Source of the DNA: a virus
IMG/VR virus record: IMGVR_UViG_3300043449_002191
Location: 64,001 to 128,000 of that record
Length of the DNA: 64,000 nt
Direction: 5' to 3' (one strand)
The position numbers were made by a program, and so were the translations under genes. Of this stretch, positions 45,160 to 53,543 are shown piece by piece. Every line of letters begins with the position of its first letter. Positions within the stretch are counted from its first letter, which is position 1. A model generated the notes under the pieces. That model was not told where the DNA came from. It saw nothing but the letters and a program-made list of their open reading frames with translations, and did no database searches.

Positions 45160-45473
45160 TATTCCTCCAGAGGCAATTGATCAAATCCAGAGCTTTTAAT
45201 AAACTCTTCAGATGCATCCTTACATATTAAAATTGCAGTTTCATTCGGCAAATTTAATGTAAGTGCTGATGTACATCCTATAAAAAACCCTAATTGAACA
45301 TTTTTAGGAATTAAAGCAGAAAGAGCATTTAATCTTTCGTTTTGATGATTTAAAATAAAAGAGAAAAGCAGCAATAAGACCGCAGTTGTAAATAGGCTTG
45401 CCTGTATTTTAGCTTTTTTAATTTCGCTAATATTTTGCCAAGCATTTTTGATTTTACTTAAAATGTTACTCAT
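45159..45473 (-). CDS. Membrane protein
   Basis: TM segment LFTTAVLLLLFSFIL. Confidence 0.65.
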   Translation of the reverse strand: MSNILSKIKNAWQNISEIKKAKIQASLFTTAVLLLLFSFILNHQNERLNALSALIPKNVQLGFFIGCTSALTLNLPNETAILICKDASEEFIKSSGFDQLPLEE

Positions 45474-47247
45474 TTTCTACCGATCCTCTCTGCCCTGTAG
45501 CAGCTTCGAATTGTCTTACAAACTTTTCTTCTTGTTTATCTGAATCATTATCCCTCTTAAAGGCAACAATACCGCCAAGCGTTCCAAGTAAGGATGCGAT
45601 TGAAATACTGTTTCTAATAGCTTCAAGTACTGCTGGCGCAGAATCTAATAAGTCATATGCTGGAACCCATTTTTCTGCTGACAGGTCATAGGTTAACGAA
45701 TCATCCTTTAAAATGTTGTAAATCTGAGTTAGAATTTCTTCTGGCACATACCCATAGTTTCTATATAAAGCCTTAACAGGATGAAGCAAGGATTCGCCTA
45801 AAATAAGAGCTGCAAGCTTTTTAGGCCAATTATCTGTAATCTTTTCTGCTCTTACTGTAAGCTCGGCAGCAATTCTTGTAAGAATATACCCACCACCTGG
45901 AACAGCACCATGCTTTAAGGCTCCTTTAATCGCCATCCAAGCGTCCTCAGCTCTATCACGCTTTTCTCTTGTTTCTCCAGACGATGGTCCAGAGATATTG
46001 AGTCTTACAATTCCAGCAGTAAGTTTACCAATTCTAACTTCCAAATCATTTAATTCGTAAATGCTTTCTGGCTTTTCTTTTTGCAGTTTAAGTTCTTCGA
46101 CTCTGATAGAAATAGCTTCTGGGTCTTCATCAGCAAAAACCATTGTTTTATATCGTGATACATCAATTTTCTTAACCCTGGAATTATTGCATACAAATTG
46201 TGGGTTAATATCAACAATTGGCCTGTCAATTGGATTAAACACTGGAGTTCCAGTATAAGCCTGCAAGTCATACAGGAAATTAGTTCTCCAGTTCTGGATG
46301 GCCTTTTCAGGAGTCATTAAAGGTAGGATTTTAACTTTAGAGTGGGGATGGTTCCAGTTTACGTGCAAGTCTCCAAGAACGATTTCAGAAAATCCATGGG
46401 CCACTAATACAATGTTTTTATCCTGTCTGTTTGTCTCATCAAAATATTCAGAAAGCTTTGTAAATGCTTCAAAAACTTGCGACATATCATTAATGTTACC
46501 GTCAAACAGGATCACAATTGGATTGTTTAATTCAACTCCATTACCACTCTTATTATTAATAAAGCCATTGGAAAAATTCCTACAAGATTCTTCATATCCA
46601 CGTTCTACGGTATACCCATTGATTCGCTCAACGATATATTTTGATGGACCTTGCATTTCTACAATAGTCATGTTCCCTTCTTCTCCGACAAGCTCAAGAC
46701 CTTCAATAATTGCGTCTGAAAGCTCTAAATCACCATTTCCAGATAAAGAAGCTACTTTATGTAAAACCTCTTTATAATTATCCCCGTTAATCTTAAGCTT
46801 ATATTTTTCTACAATCTCTTCCATTACAGGTACAAGCTTTTCCATTTCCCTAACGATCTTCTGAGGGCTAAGTCTTGGGTTATTTTTTGTGGCATCAGAT
46901 GTATATTCTGCAATTGCGCTCGAAAGGATTGTTGCTGTAGTAGTTCCGTCCCCAGCTTCATTTGCAGTTCTAATAGCAGCATCCCTTGCCGCCTCAAGGA
47001 TAAGCTGTTTAGTAGCTTCTTCATATCCAAGATTTTTAACAACAGTCACGCCGTCTTTTGTAATAATTGGCTTCATGTTAACTTCGGAGCGTTCGATCAA
47101 AACTTGACGACCACCTGGACCTAAAGTAGCTCCTACCATTTCAGCAATGTGAGATAGCGTTTTCACAACTTCATCCTGAAGCTTAGTGCTAGATGGAATC
47201 ATTACTTTTGCTGCAGATTTTGGTTTACCTACTTGAAACAGACTCAT
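45466..47247 (-). CDS. groEL: Phage GroEL-like chaperonin
   Basis: TLGPGGR, ITKDGVTV, AGDGTTTAT, EKRDRAEDA, VPGGG. Confidence 0.93.
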   Translation of the reverse strand: MSLFQVGKPKSAAKVMIPSSTKLQDEVVKTLSHIAEMVGATLGPGGRQVLIERSEVNMKPIITKDGVTVVKNLGYEEATKQLILEAARDAAIRTANEAGDGTTTATILSSAIAEYTSDATKNNPRLSPQKIVREMEKLVPVMEEIVEKYKLKINGDNYKEVLHKVASLSGNGDLELSDAIIEGLELVGEEGNMTIVEMQGPSKYIVERINGYTVERGYEESCRNFSNGFINNKSGNGVELNNPIVILFDGNINDMSQVFEAFTKLSEYFDETNRQDKNIVLVAHGFSEIVLGDLHVNWNHPHSKVKILPLMTPEKAIQNWRTNFLYDLQAYTGTPVFNPIDRPIVDINPQFVCNNSRVKKIDVSRYKTMVFADEDPEAISIRVEELKLQKEKPESIYELNDLEVRIGKLTAGIVRLNISGPSSGETREKRDRAEDAWMAIKGALKHGAVPGGGYILTRIAAELTVRAEKITDNWPKKLAALILGESLLHPVKALYRNYGYVPEEILTQIYNILKDDSLTYDLSAEKWVPAYDLLDSAPAVLEAIRNSISIASLLGTLGGIVAFKRDNDSDKQEEKFVRQFEAATGQRGSVENE

Positions 47248-48553
47248 TATATGCTCCTTCATAATAATCAGTTTTACCGAACTCTATGTTTTTAAATTCT
47301 TTTAAAAATTGTTTAGCCTGCTCTTTTAACCAGAGTCTATCCTGCCTTACTGTTTCAGAGTTTGCTATCTTACTTAACTCGCTATGCAAGAATTTGAACA
47401 CCTGATAAATCTTGCCAGTTTCATGCTGCTCAAAAACCTCTTTAACAGTGGCTCCAAAATGCATTTTAATTACGTTTGGTATCATATGGCCAAACTTCTG
47501 TATAGCCTGCATCCTAATGTAAAGCTTTGGATTAGTATATTTACAGAGATCGTAGTTACCATTTGCTACAGGTCTAGCTTTAGGGATATATTCCACCTGT
47601 TTTACAGATTCGCCATTCTTAAATATATATTTAACCTTTCTAACCACATTTGCATAGGCAACTTTGCTAGCTTTTCTTTTCTTCCATACAGCAAGCTCTC
47701 TTTTGTATCCAAGAACCTTTAATCCGTCATTACCTTTGGTTCCGTACTCTCTTTCGTTAACCCACTTAGGGTACATATCTATAAACCATCGGTCAACTAA
47801 TCCAAGTTCTCCAATTTCCATAAGCTCGTACATATCGCCAGTTTTGATTTTTTCAATCTGTTTAGATGCATTTTTAATGGCTAGACTTTTTAAATATTCT
47901 GATTCGTCTAAACCTATAAAATCAAAGCTCATTCTTTTTAATGAAAATGGGGTGTGATTAATAAAAGGCAAGTCTTTTTGCTTAACTTCATTTCCACCAT
48001 TTAAAGCAAGGCCAAGCCAAACTCTAATAATTCTATCCGAAGTACACCCACGCTTTCTGTTGTCAAACTTTTTTACGCTTGGTTTTGTAACAATATAAGA
48101 TGCAATAAAGCCTTTTTTTTCTAAATCAGCAATAATATTAGTAACTTGTCTGCCAGATATTTTTAATATTTCAGCTATACGATTGTTGTTGATTTTTGTA
48201 AGGCCAGAATTCTGAAGGCTTCGTGCTAAAAGAATCCCATATACACGTCTATGGTTTTTATGCTTTTCTGTTGGGTATACTGCTGTTATTAATGGAATTT
48301 TGCCTGCTGATGGAACTTCTGTTTTTTTACATTCATTTGATAAGATGACTCCAGCAGTATTATCTGAGAAGATGTCACTTACAAACTTGTTTTTTGGAGC
48401 TACAGTTTTAATAACTTTAACCCTATGCTTAATACCAACTTCATTTGTTCGATCTTCCCACTTAGAATCCAGGTAGACTTCTGAACTTAATTCAAAATCC
48501 TCTCGACTAAGACCAATGGCTACGTTTTTATACTGGTAAACAAATGATTTCAT
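47225..48553 (-). CDS. Winged-HTH protein, candidate replication initiator
   Basis: NNRIAEILKISGRQVTNIIADLEKKGFI; GAGGTATAAT ends 7 nt before ATG 48553. Confidence 0.6.
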   Translation of the reverse strand: MKSFVYQYKNVAIGLSREDFELSSEVYLDSKWEDRTNEVGIKHRVKVIKTVAPKNKFVSDIFSDNTAGVILSNECKKTEVPSAGKIPLITAVYPTEKHKNHRRVYGILLARSLQNSGLTKINNNRIAEILKISGRQVTNIIADLEKKGFIASYIVTKPSVKKFDNRKRGCTSDRIIRVWLGLALNGGNEVKQKDLPFINHTPFSLKRMSFDFIGLDESEYLKSLAIKNASKQIEKIKTGDMYELMEIGELGLVDRWFIDMYPKWVNEREYGTKGNDGLKVLGYKRELAVWKKRKASKVAYANVVRKVKYIFKNGESVKQVEYIPKARPVANGNYDLCKYTNPKLYIRMQAIQKFGHMIPNVIKMHFGATVKEVFEQHETGKIYQVFKFLHSELSKIANSETVRQDRLWLKEQAKQFLKEFKNIEFGKTDYYEGAYNESVSSR

Positions 48554-48772
48554 GATGCTATTATACCTCAAAAATGACCGCCGCCCATTAGACAAATCAA
48601 TATTTCCTGGTAATAGACAATAATTTATTAACTTTAATATAACTTTAAATAAAAGAATAATTGTTATTAAAAGCTTATCTATAACCTAGAAATATTCATC
48701 TTTTTACCGGAATAAGGTATGAAAGTGAATCTGCTATAGTCGGGCCGCACCAAAAAATGGTATAATAAACAC
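48554..48772. promoter_or_regulatory. Divergent promoter region with AT-rich core (candidate origin)
   Basis: GGTATAAT on both strands just before each ATG; very AT-rich ~48600-48700; major strand switch. Confidence 0.6.
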
Positions 48773-50254
48773 ATGAAAATGCTACTTAAAAACCCTTCTC
48801 AAATAATTCTTCCTTCAGATTCAGAGGCTGTAAAAAGCTTTTTGACATTTACAGACAGGTCCGTAAACTATCAAATTAAAAGGCTTAAAGATAACTACAG
48901 GTGGAAAAACTCTGATCCAGAATCATTTCAAGAAAGGCTAGAGACTTTAAAGGATCAAGCTAAAGTCTGTCTTCTTGATTATGACGAAGATGGTAATGCA
49001 GTTACCTACTCAGGTCTAGCTAATGATTTGAACGGTAGATTTGGATGGGAGTTGCCAGATAATGAAAGTAAACTAACGGACTCAATTATACCCTGGAATA
49101 AACCCCCAGAATACTCTCTTAGGTACTATCAAAGAGATGCAGTGGATGCTTTATTTAAAGTAAAACATGGGGCTGTCAGTTTGCCTACTGGTTCTGGAAA
49201 GTCTGCAATAATTTACACTATCTGTAAAGAAAACCCAGTCCAGACTCTTATTATGACTCCCTCTAAGAGTATTACTAATCAGATTTATAATGAGTTTATT
49301 ACACTATTTGGTAAAAAGCGTGTTGGTAAGTACGGTGACGGTAAAAAAGAAATTGGAAAATTATTTACTGTAGCCACTGGACAAGCTTTAACTAGGGTAG
49401 AAAAAGGAACTGAAGAGTATGAATTTTTATCAAAAACTCAGCAGTTTATAGCAGACGAAAGCCACACTACGCCAGCAGAAACATTTGAAAAGGTTTGTCT
49501 TGGAGTAGCCAAAAATTCCCAGTTTAGATTCTTTGTGTCAGCCACTCAAATTAGAACCGATGGATCTGAGCTTGTATTAAAAGGTATTACTGGACCTATA
49601 GTATACGCCAAATCATTTAGAGAGCTTGTGAATGAAGGTTACTTAGCTAAGCCAATAGTTAGAGTAATTAAAGCGCCTGCAACTGGTTTTTCTTATACCG
49701 ACATCAACAAAGAAACAAGAGCCCAACTTTACCTTAATCCAGAGGTTAACAGGATTGCTGCTGAATTTGCAACAAAAGCCGTAACAATAGCCAATAGACC
49801 CACCGTAATCTTAATAGAAGAGTTTAGGCAGTTTGTGGCTCTTAAAAACCATATTGGAATACCGTTTTCATTTGCTCATGGCGGAGCTTCTGATAGAGAA
49901 GATGCTTCTGGAGTAAAATTAAAAGATATTTTACCACAAGAATACTGGAAATGCGATGTAGAAGAAGAGATTAGGAAGTTTAATAGTGGAGAAACTAAAC
50001 TCCTTATTGGAACGTCTGCAATCTCTACTGGCGTTGATATTAAACCGACAGGCTGCATAATTTACCTCCAAGGCGGTATGTCAGAGATTTCCCTTAAACA
50101 GGGATTAGGCAGAGCCACTAGAATGGTTCCAGGAAAAATAGATTTTATTGCAGTAGATTTTTTAGTAGAAGGTTCACCAGCAATGGAGAGACACTTTCAA
50201 GCGAGACTTAATATATATCAGGAATTAACCGACGACATAGAATACTTGGGATAA
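48773..50254 (+). CDS. Superfamily 2 helicase (UvsW-like)
   Basis: LRYYQ, PTGSGKS, DESH, SAT, TGVDI, QGLGRATR. Confidence 0.92.
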   Translation: MKMLLKNPSQIILPSDSEAVKSFLTFTDRSVNYQIKRLKDNYRWKNSDPESFQERLETLKDQAKVCLLDYDEDGNAVTYSGLANDLNGRFGWELPDNESKLTDSIIPWNKPPEYSLRYYQRDAVDALFKVKHGAVSLPTGSGKSAIIYTICKENPVQTLIMTPSKSITNQIYNEFITLFGKKRVGKYGDGKKEIGKLFTVATGQALTRVEKGTEEYEFLSKTQQFIADESHTTPAETFEKVCLGVAKNSQFRFFVSATQIRTDGSELVLKGITGPIVYAKSFRELVNEGYLAKPIVRVIKAPATGFSYTDINKETRAQLYLNPEVNRIAAEFATKAVTIANRPTVILIEEFRQFVALKNHIGIPFSFAHGGASDREDASGVKLKDILPQEYWKCDVEEEIRKFNSGETKLLIGTSAISTGVDIKPTGCIIYLQGGMSEISLKQGLGRATRMVPGKIDFIAVDFLVEGSPAMERHFQARLNIYQELTDDIEYLG

Positions 50255-50256
50255 AT

Positions 50257-51249
50257 ATGAAAGATCAAAAATTAGTAGATTTTAGAGTATTTGTTGGCAA
50301 GATGGATAGCATCTTGAAAGAAAATGAAAAAGAAATTGGTAAAAGCCAAAGACAGCTTTTAAATGACCTATTTTCCGTAGAAAAGCAGTTTAAAGCCTTG
50401 TTACTAAAATCAAAAGAAGGCGAAAAGGTATATGAAGATTTTATTAATTTTATCTTAGAAGAAAAAGAGAATACTTTATCATGTAGGCCATACTTTAGAG
50501 AAAGACAGGATACATTTACAAAGCGTATTTTTAATCTATTTAAGAAAAAAGACAGTAAGAGATTACAAAAATATAAAATAAATTACAAGTTTATGAAATG
50601 GGCAATAGAAAAATATACAGGAAAAAATAAAAGATCAATGAGGAAGCTAATAAAAGAAGCTGAGCATATTAGAAAAACCCTGTGCGAAAACAACCTACCG
50701 CTTGTGTTGAATAAAGTTAGAATGTTCTGGTCAAAAACACCTCAAAAACATTTGGATTATATGGATTTAGTACAGACCTCTACAGAGGGACTTCTTATTG
50801 CCATAGATAACTTTGTACCCCCATATAATACTGTTTTCAGGTCTGTGGCGATTGGCAGAATGACTTTGAATATGATGGAAGATTATAATGACACTATGGT
50901 TAAGCTTTCTCCTAAAGATAAGCGTATATTATACAGGGCTAATAAAGCCAAGAATATAAAAGAAAACGTATCTAAAACAGAGTTAACAGACTTTGTAAAT
51001 GAGTCTTTTAAAGGTGTTAGTTCAGAAGATATTGAGAACTTGCAAAAAGCTACTACAGAAATTGTAGATTTATATTCTCCTAGCTCTAGTGGACTAGCTC
51101 CAGTAGAACAAATTGCAGATAAGAACTCAATAGAAGATATTGTTGAAAAAACTCAATTAAAAGAAAGACTTATGTATTTAATGAAAAACTTAACCCTATT
51201 AGAAAGCAAAGTCTTATTGCTTAAACATGGGGAATTTGAAGGACTTTAA
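50257..51249 (+). CDS. Phage RNA polymerase sigma factor-like protein
   Basis: ENNLPLV...DYMDLVQTSTEGLLIAIDNF...FRSVA (region 2); ends LTLLESKVLLLKHG without a full region 4 HTH. Confidence 0.82.
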   Translation: MKDQKLVDFRVFVGKMDSILKENEKEIGKSQRQLLNDLFSVEKQFKALLLKSKEGEKVYEDFINFILEEKENTLSCRPYFRERQDTFTKRIFNLFKKKDSKRLQKYKINYKFMKWAIEKYTGKNKRSMRKLIKEAEHIRKTLCENNLPLVLNKVRMFWSKTPQKHLDYMDLVQTSTEGLLIAIDNFVPPYNTVFRSVAIGRMTLNMMEDYNDTMVKLSPKDKRILYRANKAKNIKENVSKTELTDFVNESFKGVSSEDIENLQKATTEIVDLYSPSSSGLAPVEQIADKNSIEDIVEKTQLKERLMYLMKNLTLLESKVLLLKHGEFEGL

Positions 51250-51258
51250 GGAGGAAAA

Positions 51259-51549
51259 ATGTCTGCTGTAACAAAAAAAGGTATTTTAGCTGTATCACAG
51301 CCACAGTTCAAAAAAGTAGAAGCCGAGCTTAAAGGCGGTATTGCAGTTATTGCTCAAAGAATTAACTTAATCAAGGTTGATTTGGTTTTGGGGTATAATT
51401 TTAATGGAACTGAACTAACGGCTGGGGATAAAATTATCCTTAGAGGAGACAGTGGACTACAACCATGGGCTAAGCAAGTCGTTTCTTTAGATAATAAAGA
51501 ATTTGTTTTGTGCCCAGAAGATCAAATTTTAGGATATGAAAAAGCATGA
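51259..51549 (+). CDS. groES: GroES-like co-chaperonin
   Basis: 96 aa; KGGIAVI mobile loop, LTAGDKIIL, LDNKEFVLCPEDQILG. Confidence 0.72.
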   Translation: MSAVTKKGILAVSQPQFKKVEAELKGGIAVIAQRINLIKVDLVLGYNFNGTELTAGDKIILRGDSGLQPWAKQVVSLDNKEFVLCPEDQILGYEKA

Positions 51550-52550
51550 AAGTATTGGCCATTGGTGATATGCACGTCAAAAAAGATAACCTGGAAGAGT
51601 CGGCTAGACTCACCGATTGGATTTATTCCTTAGCTAAGGAAAAAGATCCAGATTTTATTGTCTTTTTGGGTGACCAATACGATACAATGGGTATTGTAAG
51701 AGTAGAGGTAATTGATTTCTGGACCAGGGCTTACAATAAACTGTCAGAATACCCTGTAATATCTCTTATAGGCAATCATGATCTTAACTCAGAAGCAACA
51801 GCATCATCCATGGTATCTCACCATAAAGCAACTACGGTAGTTAAAAATACCCTAATGTATTCTGGCAACATAGGGTTTATGAGCTTTATTAGAGATAACA
51901 GTCAGTTTGAAAAAGCAGCCATGGATCTCTATAACAAAGGCGCAAGGCTTATCTTTTGTCATGCAGAATTCAATGGTGCCCAGTTTGAAAGCGGTGCATA
52001 TGCCCCACACGGTATTGATGCAAATCTATTCCCAAAAGACTTAAAGTTTGTGTCGGGACACTTTCATAAAAAACAAGCTTTTGGAAACATCCAGTATTTG
52101 GGGACACCTAGACATTTAACCAGAAGCGATATAAACGAAATAAAAGGTGTACATATTATTGATACTAACACCTTAAACATGGAATTTATAGCTACGCCAC
52201 AAAGCGTATGTCAACCGTTTACTTTTATTTCCATAAACTCTGAAGAAGACTTAAAAAATATACCTACAGACATATCTGATTTTAATAAAGTGTATATAGA
52301 TATTAAAGGTACGGATGAGCTTATCAAAAAAGCCAAGAAGATTGTGCCAATAGGTGCAAAAATAAGAGTTTTTGAAGATCAGGAGCTAATTAAGACATTA
52401 GAGATAAAAGAATCAGAAGGAATACCTACAGCATTTTTAAAGTATTCTGAGAAATTCTTCAATACAAACTCGGCTTCAAAAGATACTCAAGAAGATGTAA
52501 TGAACTTGGTGTATAAACTTTGCCCATCACTAAAGATTGGAGAAAAATAA
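51546..52550 (+). CDS. sbcD: SbcD/Mre11 (T4 gp47-like) nuclease
   Basis: IGDMH, LGDQYD, GNHD, FCH, SGHFH, YLGTP. Confidence 0.9.
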   Translation: MKVLAIGDMHVKKDNLEESARLTDWIYSLAKEKDPDFIVFLGDQYDTMGIVRVEVIDFWTRAYNKLSEYPVISLIGNHDLNSEATASSMVSHHKATTVVKNTLMYSGNIGFMSFIRDNSQFEKAAMDLYNKGARLIFCHAEFNGAQFESGAYAPHGIDANLFPKDLKFVSGHFHKKQAFGNIQYLGTPRHLTRSDINEIKGVHIIDTNTLNMEFIATPQSVCQPFTFISINSEEDLKNIPTDISDFNKVYIDIKGTDELIKKAKKIVPIGAKIRVFEDQELIKTLEIKESEGIPTAFLKYSEKFFNTNSASKDTQEDVMNLVYKLCPSLKIGEK

Positions 52551-52867
52551 TGAGTAACCCATCTTTTATGGATCAATTGGAATACTTAAAAGGCATGACA
52601 ATACGACTTGATTCAATTCATGAAGCTCAAAAAACACAGTTAATGTGGTACGGATTGCTTATTAATGGAACAAAAAACGTAACCTTAAAGATAGATACAG
52701 AAAAAAAGATAGTTTATTATGAGTGCGAGGCTGATAAGTTCAGAAACTCAAAATTCAATAAAGGTTTATATCCAAAGATTGATAGCTGGGCAAAATTACT
52801 CTTATGGCCCACAACTGTAATTGTTATTTCAGTAAATGGTAAGGTTGTATATGACTCAAGGTCCTAA
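52550..52867 (+). CDS. Hypothetical protein
   Basis: GGAG SD, TAATG overlap. Confidence 0.7.
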   Translation: MSNPSFMDQLEYLKGMTIRLDSIHEAQKTQLMWYGLLINGTKNVTLKIDTEKKIVYYECEADKFRNSKFNKGLYPKIDSWAKLLLWPTTVIVISVNGKVVYDSRS

Positions 52868-53543
52868 AAGTCTAATAACAGTAGACGATATTCAAAAAAT
52901 GACTATAGTCCCAAGAGATAAGATCATTGAGGCTGCAGAATTATTTCTGTCTATACCAGAATTAAATGTGCTAAAAGCATATATGGACAAAGGTGGAATG
53001 GAACTTTCTGCAGAAACTGCAGCAAGATTTTATGAGTTATTCCTAAATGGATCAGACTGCAAAGATATCTACAGGCTTAATGCCGCTTTCCCTTATGAAG
53101 CTATACTATGGTCCAGAATAAAGTATAGATGGGATTTAACAAAAGATGAATATGTGTATAAGCTTCAGGAGACAGTAAGAGAAAAAGTAATGAAAGCACA
53201 ATTAGAGACAACATCTCTAATGGCTGATATGCTTACCGCTGCAAATAAAAAAAATAGCGATAAGATTAAGAAGTACCTACAAACCGGAGATGAAGAGACA
53301 TTAAAAGGCGCATTATCCATTGAGTCACTGCAGTCTCTTTTAAGGATTACCGAAGGTCTGATAAAGGTCACTGGGCAAGATCGTGTGGTTAAAAATGTCA
53401 CAGAAACAAAAAATACACAAAACTTAAATGTAAATGTAAACACTTCTAGTAAAGATGATAATTCAGATTTAAGCCCTGAAGCAGCAGCTAAAATATTGGC
53501 AGCTATAGCTGAAGATAGAAGAAAAAAGAATGAAAACAGTTAA
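52851..53543 (+). CDS. Probable terminase small subunit
   Basis: Helical protein directly upstream of and overlapping terL (positional inference). Confidence 0.5.
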   Translation: MTQGPKSLITVDDIQKMTIVPRDKIIEAAELFLSIPELNVLKAYMDKGGMELSAETAARFYELFLNGSDCKDIYRLNAAFPYEAILWSRIKYRWDLTKDEYVYKLQETVREKVMKAQLETTSLMADMLTAANKKNSDKIKKYLQTGDEETLKGALSIESLQSLLRITEGLIKVTGQDRVVKNVTETKNTQNLNVNVNTSSKDDNSDLSPEAAAKILAAIAEDRRKKNENS

